64,000 nucleotides of DNA, from NCBI GenBank assembly GCA_963693365.1, contig CAVNZM010000013.1, positions 5,074,640 to 5,138,639 on the forward strand, read 5' to 3'. The notes under the pieces are model-generated. The model was not told the DNA's origin. It saw nothing but the letters and a program-made list of their open reading frames with translations, and searched no databases. Source of the stretch: Amoebidium appalachense (lineage: Eukaryota; Protista; Ichthyosporea). Position 1 is the stretch's first letter, and each line of letters starts with the position of its first letter. A program made the position numbers and the translations under genes. Shown one piece after another: positions 39,713 to 59,168 of this stretch.

Positions 39713-40742
39713 GTGACACACACATGTACACTCACACAACACACACACACACACATACACACATGCGCACTTGGAACACAGGTGCATCATCTTGGTAAAC
39801 CGGCACGCAACAATACACACAAAGTCTGGCATGCGCGCGTCTGCACACTTTCGCATATGCCACACAAAGCAAACACCTACACGTACACCCACGCTGGGCA
39901 CATACACAGCACATTAACACGTGTGCCAGCCCGCACCCAAGGACACACGCCGTGGCATGTGTATGCTTCCAAAAAAAAAAGGGAAAAAAAAAAAAAAAAA
40001 GGATTCAAATAAAACGTTCTTACAAGCAGGGCTTTTCAATGCATGGAGGGCAAAAAAAAAAAAAAAGAAAAGCTGATGCTTTTTTGTGCTGGAAAAACAC
40101 GAATTTAGAGGACACCTACATGTCATGTGTTGGTGTTGGTGAACTCGGAAGTACCTCCGCCGACGTAATGGTAGTACGAAGACCGCCTTCTTCTGACCCG
40201 ACCGATTCATGCTTGTACATGCTCGTTTGCATGTGATGCCCCTCAGTTACTTCGTCTACTCGTACGTTTGCTATGGCCTCTGTTTCTTGATCACGACCCG
40301 GAAATTTAAAGGGCGCTTTTTGAACCTCGTTTTTGCTTTGCACAGCCTGAAGGACGTTGCTGTTTTCCAGGTGAGAAGCAAAGAGGATGCTCGTTTTGTA
40401 ATGCTCCATAAAAACTCGTAGAGTTCTGGAGTAGTAGACAAACACCACCGTCAAAGCACACGTGTAATAAACCCAGTTGTCAGCTGCACCTAGCTGGTTA
40501 TTGCGTGCAACATATTCGTTTTCCAGCATGTAATAGAATAGCCCGTTGAAGACCCAAACGAGGGAGGACAGGGAGGCAATAATCGTTAGAGCTGGCCATT
40601 GTGTGGAGATTGGGAAGGTTTTTCGTTGATGCCAGTAAGAAGGAAGGGTAAATAAGCACGCTACAGCGAGAATGGGGGAAAGGGTGGCATACACATAGAA
40701 GCCAGCCTGAAGATGGCCCTCTGGTGCAGGTAGGTCGCTCAT
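37496..40742 (-). CDS. Seven-transmembrane RGS-domain protein (7TM-RGS, AtRGS1/GprK-like architecture), about 649 aa
   Basis: Exons 40120-40742 and 37496-38822 join in phase 2. About seven hydrophobic segments end in VWWPLY. The RGS domain follows: FLKNPGNRDEFSEYLRGEFAVELLMFWEAVQIYR..QICKTYV..WQVYLP..LFDAALAHVYDLMRMDSFPRY. Confidence 0.85.
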
Positions 40743-41356
40743 TCCTAAACGAGAAAGTTTGCTTTCTGTTGGCACTAATAGCTACCTGGAAACCTAACAA
40801 GCAAATATGTGCATGTGTGGAGCTAGGGTCTTGGTAGCCTCGGATAATTAACCATATATACTCTTTTGGTCTAAACTTCACTCCTTTTGAAAACTAAAGA
40901 CTGCTCTATTGAAATAAAAGCACTGAAAGAAAAGGAAATATGTTTGGTTATATATATAAACTTTGTAAGTAAATGGTCCAGCTCTCTCTCTCCCTCTTGC
41001 TCTCTTTCTCTAGAGGAAAAAACCTTACATGTAGGAAACCTTTCTACCGTAACGTTCGAAGGTATACACCGTTTGCAACTACCGTAAATGCTTTTCCACG
41101 TCTATTTTGTCGGCATTATGTTTTGTCACATACGCCATACACAGTGGAAAGTCGCGCGGACGGGAATTCCAATCTCTTACGCATACGCCATAGCTGACGA
41201 GAAATCCAGTTTGCGTCCTTTTGCCACGGCCTGATGTCGACATCACCTGTGCTGTTTTCCGTTGGGACATATGTTGCGAGACGATCGATCTTCCAAGGCC
41301 GTTTGCGTTCAACCAATCGTAGGCCCCCAATAGAATTGAATAGATCTGAATAGATC

Positions 41357-41410
41357 AGTCGCACACATCGATTCAGTCGCACACATCGATTCAGTCGCAC
41401 ACATCGATTC
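41357..41410. repeat. Three perfect 18-bp tandem repeats (AGTCGCACACATCGATTC)
   Basis: Units at 41357, 41375 and 41393, preceded by a duplicated TGAATAGATC. Confidence 0.95.
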
Positions 41411-41516
41411 AAATGTCGCTTTTTATTATCTGCTAATAAATAGTATCCTTCGCGCATCCACCCCTAAACCAGGCCATCCGTGGCCGTAAGGGCCGGGGAA
41501 CACCCCCATCCATGTC

Positions 41517-42701
41517 ATGGCACATGCCTATAATCGTTTCAGAACCTCTTTCAAAGTTCCATCTACACCCATCACACATGTGCGACCATTAAAACGTCCA
41601 GCAGATACACCTACCACAGATGCACAACCAGAAAAACATCGCCTTAGACTAAGCGCAACACCTATTTACAATACACTACCCATTCAGAATAACACCACAC
41701 CACTCCGTAGAAACACAATAACAACCATGCCGAAACTTTCGGTTGATACAGTACTGGCAGAACTTGCCCTCGTTAAGAAACAGCTAAATGAGCTGTTACC
41801 ACTCAAGAACATGATAGAAAAACTCCAAACAGAAAATACCCAACTCAAGCTCACCATTGATTCACTCACAGCCCAGCTAAACATTAGTGGATCGCAAAAC
41901 CCCAAAACTCATGAGCAAACATCTCGCGACGGAGACATTTCCACCCCAACACAAAACAACACAGGACCGGAAGCACAGCTCCCGGCAGAGTTCCTAGAAT
42001 ATGCGAACTCTCGTAAAACACCCGAGCTCCGCCAAATTGCCAAGGAAACATATGCCAGCATTCTTGCAGGCAACGAGTACCGCCGCAACTCCCCTCCCAA
42101 ACCGCCGGCTAAGGGGAACACCCAAGCAAACGGTAACATCAACATCCCACCCAAATACGAGAGGGTGTATTTCAAAGTCAAGCACGGCAGACGCCCACAC
42201 AGGGCCATGTGGTCCATCTTCAAGGCTCTCGGCTTCCGGTGCTCTCGCATCCTTTGTCTGTCCTTCATTGGATACGATGTGCTGGAAGTAGCAGTACGGG
42301 GCGACTATAACCGTGCGTTCATCCGTGACGCGACAAAGGGGTGTGGAAGCTTCTTCACCCACCTCCCAAGCTACGACCCATGCGCGCCGGAAAACATTCA
42401 GAAAGCAGACAAAGAACGTAAAGTGTCTGCTAAGAATGCGTGCGCCACACGTTGTCGTGTACGCATCAGCAAGGCAAAAGAGTTCCTCGCAAAGTTGGAA
42501 AACGATGCTACGAGCGTGATAGACACGGACACGAAGGAACCAATGTTTTCTGGTGAGAAACTGCTCGAGCGCAAACGCCGATGCGAGATGGAAATCGAGC
42601 TCTTCTGCGAACTGTTCGCGCTGGCGGAAGGTCGTGCATACGACCCCGTAAGCGACAAGTGGGAACCAACCCCACAGGTGTCGGACCAAACCGATGCCTA
42701 A
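41517..42701 (+). CDS. LINE ORF1 protein
   Basis: 394-aa ORF directly upstream of ORF2, with a coiled-coil segment (LALVKKQLNELL..KLQTENTQLKLTIDSL) and a TYASIL motif typical of ORF1 proteins. Confidence 0.8.
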   Translation: MAHAYNRFRTSFKVPSTPITHVRPLKRPADTPTTDAQPEKHRLRLSATPIYNTLPIQNNTTPLRRNTITTMPKLSVDTVLAELALVKKQLNELLPLKNMIEKLQTENTQLKLTIDSLTAQLNISGSQNPKTHEQTSRDGDISTPTQNNTGPEAQLPAEFLEYANSRKTPELRQIAKETYASILAGNEYRRNSPPKPPAKGNTQANGNINIPPKYERVYFKVKHGRRPHRAMWSIFKALGFRCSRILCLSFIGYDVLEVAVRGDYNRAFIRDATKGCGSFFTHLPSYDPCAPENIQKADKERKVSAKNACATRCRVRISKAKEFLAKLENDATSVIDTDTKEPMFSGEKLLERKRRCEMEIELFCELFALAEGRAYDPVSDKWEPTPQVSDQTDA

Positions 42702-45700
42702 TTTATCCTTCTTCTTCTGGAATGCTCGGACACTGGGCCCCCAAAAGGGCCTCCCCCCCGGGACACTCGACGATAAAATCAGCTACATACAACAACAGAC
42801 AAACAACCACACGTTTACAGTGATTTGCGAAACACAGTTTAAAAACCACCACAAATTCAACTCTACATTGGTCGACACATCCACACACCCCGGTTACGCG
42901 AAAAACCGAGGCATTATTGTACTTGCCGCACCACACGTGAGAGTGAAGTGCAAACCGGTAGCAAAAACGGAATTCTCGGTTTCTATAGAGTTTCTTTCTA
43001 ATGTTTTTACTTTTGTATATTACCCACCATCTATGTCGGTTGTCGAATTGACTCACGAGTTGTCACAGTTACCAATGTCCACTGTTATTTTAGGTGATTT
43101 TAACACGCGACTCCACCACACAGACACACTGCAAGTGAGTGTCGGGTACCCATCTAAGCCCCCGGAGCGTGCTATCCCTTTAGCAAGGTATGTCCAAAGT
43201 CACACTTTGCGGTTCCCTCAAATATCCCATGCCCACAACACCGACTGGGGAGTGGCCTTTTGGCCATCAACCATGTCAAAACTCTCTCTCCCTCCTAACC
43301 TCTCTAGGTCATCTGACCACTCTCCTATCCTTTTCCTACCTAAGATCTCCCTTGATCTGCTCCCCCCTCCCCCTCCCACCTTTCGCCTCCGTCTATCCCA
43401 GCTTAAGTCACAGTGGGGTAGAGTTGATGTATGTGTATGCTATGCTACGAAACACCCTATATATATGCGCCTATTAGAATCTGCACAAGCCAGGCCAGAT
43501 TCACATCTCGTACTAGATACATGCACTAACTTTATTGTTGATGATTTGATAGATCTCGGTGATTATGCTGGCGGTGGTAGGAAGGAATATCCCGATGCTC
43601 TCTTGTTACCAAACACCACTCCCGCTAGACTAGGTGAACCCCTGTCTCAAAAGGAAAGCTTGCGCCGGCTTGCTAGTATGAATCGATTTGGCCCCCCTGC
43701 TCGTATTATTGGTGATACCACTGGAGACCCCCTCATAGACTCTGATAAGTATTTCTCGGAACTGTTTAAAGATAGGACCCCCGCTCAGAAACCTATTGTG
43801 TGGCCTGTAGACCCATCTATCCCCATAGAATCGATCCTCCCCTTTTTCAGTCCCGATGCCATATGGTCTGTGATATCTAGTTATAGCTCTAGCAAGTCTT
43901 GTGGACCTGATGGACTCCCTGCTGGGTTTCTTAAAATCCTTGTTCCCTCCTACCCACAAAAGGAAAGTGATCGTGCTATTAAACCTGATCTTACTATCAT
44001 GTTAAGCTCTCTCTTTTCTTGGTGTGTTAAATGTGGACATGTCCCGTCATCTTGGTTAGATACCTTAGTGATCCCCATAGTTAAGAAGGACTCTGAGGGC
44101 CCCATATCATCCTTTCGCCCCATTACACTAACCCAGGTTGTTCGTAGATTCTTTGAAGCTTGCTTACTTAGGTTATTTGCACATCACCCTAGGTTTCAAT
44201 CTATTCTTCACATACACCCATGCCAATCCGCTTTTCGTAAAAACAATTCATGTTATGTTCAAATAATGGCACTGCACGATTCTATGCAAGTTGGTGCACA
44301 ATATGTTGGCTTTATTGATTGGAAAACTGCTTACGATTCTGTCTCCCCTGGTCTCCTATGGGAAAAGCTTGCTGCACGGGGTGTACCACACTGCATTGGT
44401 GTTCTGTTAGAAGCACTCTTGTCTCAAACCTATGGTAGAGCTGTGGTTAATGGGCATCTTTCATATGGTTTTGCTCGTACTAGAGGTCTCTTGCAGGGTT
44501 CATTGCTTAGCCCCTTTTTGTTTAACCTATTTATAGATGATTTGGCTGTCAAGATTTACGCCGAAAACGATGACCCTATTAATAACTTTCCGCCTGCACT
44601 TCTCTATGCTGATGATCTGTCCCTCCTTGCCCGTACCCCTAGACGCCTGCAAAGATTGTTCGATGTAGTGTCAGAGTGGTGCAAGGCAAACCTTATGATC
44701 CTTAACATAGACAAATGTGGTGTTCTTGTACCTGATATAGCTAACAATTTACACACATTTACATTATCATCTAAACCTGTACCTATAGTTCCAGAATACA
44801 AATATCTTGGTGTTCCGGTTGATTCTGTTGGTGTTATGTTTCCCCATATGGTCGAAAAGAGGGTAGAGTTGGCTCGTAAGCGGTTAGCTTTCTTCTCGGC
44901 TAATATTTTTAAAGACACACCCCTCCATCCTTCTATTAGACTTACATTTATTCGCACTTTTGTCTTCCCGGCATGTGAATATGGTTTACCCCTTCTCGCC
45001 GCTTGGATCAAGAAAGAGAGAACTAGAGCGCTTAAACCCTTGGCAAATTTCCTTGAAGCAGAAGTTGCCTCCTTTCTATCTAACAACTGTTGTAAACCTG
45101 GGCCTGTAACGCTCTCGATATATGGTCTGGTCCCAATAGCTGCTAGAGTATCCTATCTCGCGCTGAAATTCAATAAGCACATAAGCCGCTTAAAGAAGTA
45201 TTTGCCCTCCCACCCTCTCTTCTCTATCCGACCTGTCCCCTCCTCACCTCTCCCCTCTTTCCTCCCCTCTCTCTCCCCTTCTCCCCTGGGCACAAATACA
45301 AATAAACCCCGCAATAGTGTGTGTGTGACTTTGGACTGCCACTTACTTATTAAACATGTACACAATCACAAGATAATCACGCAATATAACAAATGGAAAA
45401 AGATACCACACGACACTAGACCCGATGAAAGCATACACCTTGAAAAACTAATCCTTATGTCTCGTTTTATATATACTGACCGCCTCAACCATATTGCCAA
45501 ATATGGCACTCGCAAGTGTATAACACCTAAATACATATTACCTTCCTGTAGAACTGGTCTTTCTCTAGCTGATGGTATTATTGATCAATTACCACGCTTT
45601 TACTGTACACGTGCTATACAGTGGAGATCTAATAAGTATAAGGTGGCATCATTTGCATGCCCAAACAACACACACACACACCAGTTTAACCGGTCATGTA

Positions 45701-45795
45701 TCGCCAAATGTAGTTTGATAGACCACATAATACCGCAACACACACACGTCACATTCACAACAGACACCCAGAAAGATAGCCTACCTGTAAATTAA
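42694..45795 (+). CDS. LINE ORF2: AP-endonuclease plus reverse transcriptase
   Basis: Endonuclease motifs FWNART, ICET, YYPP, ILGDFN, SDHSPI. RT motifs KSCGPDG, FRPITL, QSAFR, FIDWKTAYDSV, GLLQGSLLSPFLFNLFIDDL, YADD, YKYLGV. Confidence 0.95.
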   Translation: MPNLSFFFWNARTLGPQKGLPPGTLDDKISYIQQQTNNHTFTVICETQFKNHHKFNSTLVDTSTHPGYAKNRGIIVLAAPHVRVKCKPVAKTEFSVSIEFLSNVFTFVYYPPSMSVVELTHELSQLPMSTVILGDFNTRLHHTDTLQVSVGYPSKPPERAIPLARYVQSHTLRFPQISHAHNTDWGVAFWPSTMSKLSLPPNLSRSSDHSPILFLPKISLDLLPPPPPTFRLRLSQLKSQWGRVDVCVCYATKHPIYMRLLESAQARPDSHLVLDTCTNFIVDDLIDLGDYAGGGRKEYPDALLLPNTTPARLGEPLSQKESLRRLASMNRFGPPARIIGDTTGDPLIDSDKYFSELFKDRTPAQKPIVWPVDPSIPIESILPFFSPDAIWSVISSYSSSKSCGPDGLPAGFLKILVPSYPQKESDRAIKPDLTIMLSSLFSWCVKCGHVPSSWLDTLVIPIVKKDSEGPISSFRPITLTQVVRRFFEACLLRLFAHHPRFQSILHIHPCQSAFRKNNSCYVQIMALHDSMQVGAQYVGFIDWKTAYDSVSPGLLWEKLAARGVPHCIGVLLEALLSQTYGRAVVNGHLSYGFARTRGLLQGSLLSPFLFNLFIDDLAVKIYAENDDPINNFPPALLYADDLSLLARTPRRLQRLFDVVSEWCKANLMILNIDKCGVLVPDIANNLHTFTLSSKPVPIVPEYKYLGVPVDSVGVMFPHMVEKRVELARKRLAFFSANIFKDTPLHPSIRLTFIRTFVFPACEYGLPLLAAWIKKERTRALKPLANFLEAEVASFLSNNCCKPGPVTLSIYGLVPIAARVSYLALKFNKHISRLKKYLPSHPLFSIRPVPSSPLPSFLPSLSPSPLGTNTNKPRNSVCVTLDCHLLIKHVHNHKIITQYNKWKKIPHDTRPDESIHLEKLILMSRFIYTDRLNHIAKYGTRKCITPKYILPSCRTGLSLADGIIDQLPRFYCTRAIQWRSNKYKVASFACPNNTHTHQFNRSCIAKCSLIDHIIPQHTHVTFTTDTQKDSLPVN

Positions 45796-45909
45796 AACAT
45801 CCTTGATTTTATACTAAACACGCGTAACTACGACCTGTTTATTAGATGTATTGATTGGCTTGAGAAACACATCACTACAAAATTATAGCGCACGCGCACA
45901 CACACACAC

Positions 45910-45942
<33 letters not shown>

Positions 45943-45975
45943 CCAGCTGATACCGAGTGTCCCGAGGGGAGCCCC

Positions 45976-46050
<75 letters not shown>

Positions 46051-47383
46051 GGGGAACCCCAACTAATTGATTTCTCCTTGTAGTCTTTATGGTGTCTCGT
46101 AGAGAAAGTAAACCCTGATATATAGTCACCACCCGACATCTATGTACGTGATCATGATATACCGCTGAGGGGATATTCCGAGCAAACCCCCCCCCCCCCT
46201 ACCTGAGACTGGTTCTCTTTGCCTCGAGTAAACAGCGTAAACCCCCGAATAGATCACTTGATGTCCAATCTGACCCGCCGCTGGGCACGTGAGTGAGACT
46301 CACGCGCCTAATCAGGCAGAATTTAAACGTATACACGTGTACAGGCGCACACACAAAGACATCTATATAAATTGGCGCCCACGTAGGAACACACACAACT
46401 CACGACACATCCATTGCACTCTCAAGCGTGTACGCACGTGTACACATGTGCATGCTGCATGCGCAGATCTTACGTATACACTCGCAAGTCACGATGTACG
46501 ACGTGAGTGGCGCCCACAATCACGTGCATGAGTAAGTTGCAACGGGCATCGCATCTGTGACACAAGTAGGTCCCACGTGCCATGCTATGTAAGCCGCCTG
46601 TCAGCGCGGAAGCGTATGTGGAGGGAGTTAATTGCATATACATGCGCATTATTTATTAGTATCGCGTGCGACTGATGGACATGATATGTACATTGTATGC
46701 AGCGAACTTGTCTTTCAACAGCACTCCACTTCTTTTTTTTAAAAAATTTTTTTTTCTTCTTTATTATTCAGGCTCTCAATGTCACAAATTTGTTGATAAT
46801 GAATAGTTACATGCAATGACAAACATCATGATGCACATTTAAAAAAAAAGGCCTCTAGGCACATCAGATTTGAACAAACTTGCTGTACGTATACTTTTGG
46901 GATCCTTGGCAAAATATTCCTCTTTGGCCATGGCAATGCCACAAAATTTCTAAAGAGACAAACAGTTTGCCCTGTTCATTCGGTGCTCGATGTGGAAAAC
47001 AATTACGCAATATTGATCGGTTACTATAATATAATCGTCATCCAAATGCCCAAGCAAGTCTAAGGTTTTGGAACAATGTTTTGTTGCTACTGAAGCTTCA
47101 TGCCAGTTCATACTATGTTGATTTCGTAACGTGGTCCAGTTTCATGGTCAGCAAGGGATTCCGTTGATTTCAGCTCCAGTTATTTTTATAAAGCAAATAA
47201 AAAAGTAGGAATACGTCAAAAAAAGTTTTTATAAAGCGATTAAAAAATAGGAATATAGTCCTGCGCGCGCGCGTACAGTGAATCATGCATGGAAGTACTC
47301 ATTCCCCCCCTCTCCCCCCCCCCCCCCCCCCCCCCCGGGTTCCCTCCCCCCCCCTCTCCCCTTTACAAAAATGAAAAAATAAC

Positions 47384-47468
<85 letters not shown>

Positions 47469-47680
47469 GTGTGTGTGCGCGCGCGTACGTGCGGCACACA
47501 CAAATAGAGGTAGTCAATGACAGTAGTGTGTGTGCTGGAAATGGTGCTATGTGGAAACAGGGCAAGGATGGGCCGAGGGGAGGGAGGGGAGGGCAGGAAT
47601 GGGGGAGGGGGGGGGAGGGGAAGGGGGGGGGGGAGAGAGAGAGGGGGGGGGAGAGAGAGGGGGGGGGGAGAGGGGGGGGG

Positions 47681-47745
<65 letters not shown>

Positions 47746-47826
47746 TGTGTGTGTGTGTGTGTGTGAGAGGGATAGGGAGAGCGGAGAAGGGTGGCCAAAT
47801 AATCGATATAAACACAATCTGTGCTC

Positions 47827-54893
<7,067 letters not shown>

Positions 54894-56241
54894 TGATTGA
54901 GAAAAAGAACACGTCAGTGTAAATTGAAAAAAGGATCATATGAAAGGGAACAAGGCGAGCCAATTATAGCAACAATTAAATGGTTTGCAAGCAGGTTTGA
55001 TGATAAGTAGTCACACTTGGATTAATAATAAGCAGTTTACCTATCTTTTTGAATAATTCATGTTTTATGAAGCTACAATCATAGGTTCACCGTGCAGAAA
55101 GCATTGACATGAACCCAATGACCTTAGTAAATTTTCCCTGTTTGCGGAAGTGAACATTTTGCGCTTGCTGCAATAATCTTCGCACCGGGCTATACAGATC
55201 TTAAATGCGGATTCGATGCCATCGCCGGACCTTACACCCAAGAGTGTATATGTGTTGGGGTGAAACAAGCCTCCTCGATTTTTCTTTTTTTCTTTTTCAC
55301 TGAATTTATTTTTAGAAGTGGTATTTGATTGTAAACCATGTCATAAATGCCTGGATAAACGTTTTCATTTATTAACTGGAGTATAATAATATTATTTGCA
55401 ATTTAAGGTAGTAGTGAAGTAAAATATGTTTAGTTTGAGAAAGCTTAGTTACTGTTATCGTCTAAATTTATAAATGTTTGAACCCCCTAATATTTATGGT
55501 AAATAGAGATGTGCTTCACTCAGACCTCTAATAAGATAACAGAGAAGACGAGCCGATTGGCGTAGCGGTGAATCGTCTTATCGGCAACGGACAACACAAC
55601 AATTCCCCTTCCTATTCGTCAATCAACTGGCTTACTCTCATATGCATGGCCATCGGGTCCTTCATGAGAAAGCACAAAGATATGACAAGAAGTAATATTT
55701 TGGCCCAAAGCATACAAGTATTTGTAATAAACAGGTTATTCGGTAATATGTATGGAAAATTATTGGTTGAGTCTCTTCCGACCGCCTTGTATTATATGAT
55801 ACATCATGGTATATTGGTGCTTTATCACGTTGTAGCCGTAGCCGCGTTGTTCACAGAGTCGCGCACGTGGGAGCCAATAGCGTAACGGTCACACCGCACT
55901 AGGTCAGAAAACATCGCAACACGCTACGGTGTGGACCACTCTTGCTCCCCTGTTGTTCCTTGCGGGTGTTTTTCGTTTTATTATTATTTCTTATTGTTTA
56001 TTTTGCCTGCGTTTCTTGTACCCCCTATTTTTTTCCCAAGTGCTTGGTTCTATGTCTAGCCCTCAATTGTTTTAGTTGTTCCTTCCCTGTATACTCCATT
56101 TACACCACCGGAGCGTCCCACTTCGTTTTTCAAGGTTTGAAAAGTGCTACAAACCCAAACCTTTACAACTTTATTATACAATTCTACTTGCATCTCCACC
56201 CAAAAAAAACCTACATCTGTAGCGAACATAAACCAGGAAAA

Positions 56242-57062
56242 ATGGCACCGAAGGAGAAAAAGAACATCAAGGAGTATCTGCTGGCCGGTGGCACAGCTGG
56301 CATGATTGCGCGCACTGCCATCGCGCCCATTGAAAGAGTCAAGATCCTGTTCCAGATTAGCAAAAATACGGTAGGTGTAGTGTGATTGTGACGTGCATTA
56401 TATGCGCTGCGTCCTAATCTTTTAGGGGGTTGAGGAGGCACTGGTGTGTGTGTGTGTGTATGTGTGTGTGTGTGTGTGTCTGTCACGGTGGGCACGTGTT
56501 TGGGTGTGGGTGTGGGTGTGTGTGTGTGTGTGTACATGTATGTGTGTGTGGGGGGGAGGTTTTGGTGTGTGTGTGTGTGTGTGTGTGCGTGTGTGCGTGT
56601 GCACGCCTGCTGTGTCCTGTTTTGTGTGTGCATGCGTGCAACTGTGTGTGTAGTTGTGTGGGTGTACGAGGGGGTGCATGTGTTTATGTTTGTGTGTCTG
56701 TGTGTCTCCATGTGCCCACGTACGTCTGTGTATGTGTGCGTGCGTGTTGGTCTATTTTTTTTTCCGCTTCGGGGAAGCTGGGGAAGAGGGAGGTCGTGCG
56801 GTGTGTGTGTGTGTGTGTGTGTGGGCCGGGGCATGAGGGGGGGGGGGGGGGGGGGGCTTTGCAGTAGTCTTCCTGAAGCTGACTGGCAGGCTCTTCTTTG
56901 TTGCAGACACAGTCGGGCTACATCTCGCTTCTGCCCAGCATCATGAAGAAGGAGGGTGTGCTTGCGTTCTGGAAGGGCAACAGTGCCGCCGTGGCCCGGG
57001 TGGTGCCCTACATGGCTATCACCTTCCTGGGCTACGAGGAGTACAAGTACGTGCCCTTTTTT

Positions 57063-57142
<80 letters not shown>

Positions 57143-58204
57143 CCCCCCCCCCCCCCCCCTCCCCCCCCCCCCCCCCCCCTCCCCTCTGTGCAAAACGGCC
57201 GAATGCTTTTTTTGTATGTGGGTGGATGAGTGGATGGTGGTGTTTGTGTGTGTGTTGGGGGGGGGGGGGGGGGGGGGGAGAAGGGGGGGAGGGGGGACGG
57301 GGGAGGACAGGTGCCAGGATTGGGTGTGGTTTTGTAATTAAACCAGGCGGGGGGCAGGGAGGAGGGGGGCGGGGGGGGGGAGGGGGTTGTACATGGTTAT
57401 TGTGGTAATAGTGATGGTGTGTGTGTGGTGGGGGGGGGGGGGGGGGGGAGGAGGAGGGGGAAGGGTTTAGGCATTCTCGAGTAGGGAAGAACAAAGTCGA
57501 TTGGCATGCAAACCCCCTTGGTTTTATGTAAATATATCAAGATTCTTACCATTTAGCAAAAACCTTAGTTTTAACCCTTAAATCACTGGCACAGATCGTC
57601 GATCGTCCACCATTTCCCAAACATGAACCGTGAGCTCACAAACCTTACTGCGGGTGCATTGGGTGGATTGACGGGGGTAGCGATAACCTACCCACTGGAT
57701 GTGGTGAGGGCAAGACTAGCCGCACAGAGCTTTATGGCTGCCAGCGAGAGGACATATACGGGGATGGTGAATGCGCTGGTCGAGATACCTAAGAGGGAGG
57801 GTTTCCGCGCTCTGTACCAGGTATATATACGTGGTTTGTGTGTTTGTTTGTGTGTAGGGGGGGAGGGGGGAAGGGGGGGCTGTGTGTGTGTATGTGTGTG
57901 TGTGTGTGGGGAGGGTGTTTGGGGGGGAGGGGGGGTTGTGTGTGTGGGGGGGCGGAGGGAGGGGAGAGGGTTGTTAGTGTGGGCGAATGGGTGTTGTGTG
58001 TGTTTGTGTGGTGTGTGTGCCCGTACTGGTGCATGTGTAGGGATTTCATAGGGTTCCCGGCACACCGTTTCAGGTTGCATCGGTGCACGCAAACAGTAAA
58101 GTCGGTTGGGCTAGACAGTGGTGTCCCCCCCCCCCCCCCCCCCCCCCCCCGGTGCCCCCTTTTTGTTCCGAGAGAGAGAGTGTGGGTGTGTGGGTGTGGG
58201 CGTG

Positions 58205-58237
<33 letters not shown>

Positions 58238-58667
58238 AGGGGGGGGATAGTAAGCAGCAGTTTAAGTTGCTAGGCCACCTCTTTTGGTGTATTTCACTGG
58301 GTGGATCTATTGTGTTTGTGTGTGTGTGGTGGTGGTGGTGGTAGGGGAGGGAGGGGGGGGGGGGGATTGTTTCGTTTATGTGTGTGTGCATGTTGGTTGA
58401 AGAGGGGGGGGTGGGGGGGATGCAAGACAGACGGGTGAGGCTATATCGTATACACAGTTCGGTTCTCTGCATTGACTGCATTACTCTACGTGAGTGTCAT
58501 CCTCCCCCCCCCCCCCCCCCCCCCCGGGCCAGAGCAAGCATGTCTCCTCTCGTAGCAATCCACTCAGGTATGATATATAAATCCATTCTGCCAGCTTGCC
58601 TTCTAGACCATTGGCATAGGACGCTTACAAATCCCATCTCCCCTCCCCCCTCCCCCCTTTTACTGCC

Positions 58668-58701
<34 letters not shown>

Positions 58702-59133
58702 GCATGTCTGCGACGATGATGGGTGTAGCACCGTATGCAGGGCTCAAGTTTGCCACGTACGAGGCAATGAAGAGCGTGTGCTGCACAGTCACGGGCAAGG
58801 AGGAGAAGGTACAGACCTCGTTGCAGTGTGTTTGTGTGTGTGCGTTTGGAGGGCGGGGGAGGAGGAGGGGCGGGGGAGGGAGGGGGGGATGTGTGGTTCT
58901 GTTAGTGGTGATGTTAGTGAGTGTGCGTGTGGATGTGTGGATGCGGGTGTTGGTGGGTGTTTGGGTGTGGATGTGGGTGTGTGTATGTGTTGGGGTGGGG
59001 GCGAGGGGGAGGTCAGAAGGTGGAGGGGGGGGGGAAGGGGGGGGAGGGGAGGAAGGTGAGTGTGTGTGTGTTTGGGTGGGTAGTGGTGGTGGTGGTGTGC
59101 TGAAGTGTGCTGTGTGTGTGGTGGTGGATGGGG

Positions 59134-59168
<35 letters not shown>

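Larger units (their letters stand above)
41450..46049 (+). mobile_element. Near full-length non-LTR retrotransposon (LINE); 5' boundary uncertain
   Basis: ORF1 overlaps ORF2 by 8 nt, no introns, short 3' UTR, then a poly(A)/(TAAA)n tail at about 45978-46049. No target-site duplication could be identified. Confidence 0.9.

Noticed and set aside
41357-41410. CRISPR-like array
   Set aside because: Repeats are contiguous with no spacers, in a eukaryotic context.
41190-41520. Hammerhead or HDV-like ribozyme at the LINE 5' end (CTGACGA; GGCCA-TCCG-TGGCC hairpin)
   Set aside because: Could not build stem II plus GAAA, or the HDV nested pseudoknot, by eye; a covariance-model search is needed.
46860-47111. 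Minus-strand protein-like frame with one internal stop
   Set aside because: Short and unassignable; insufficient support for a pseudogene call.
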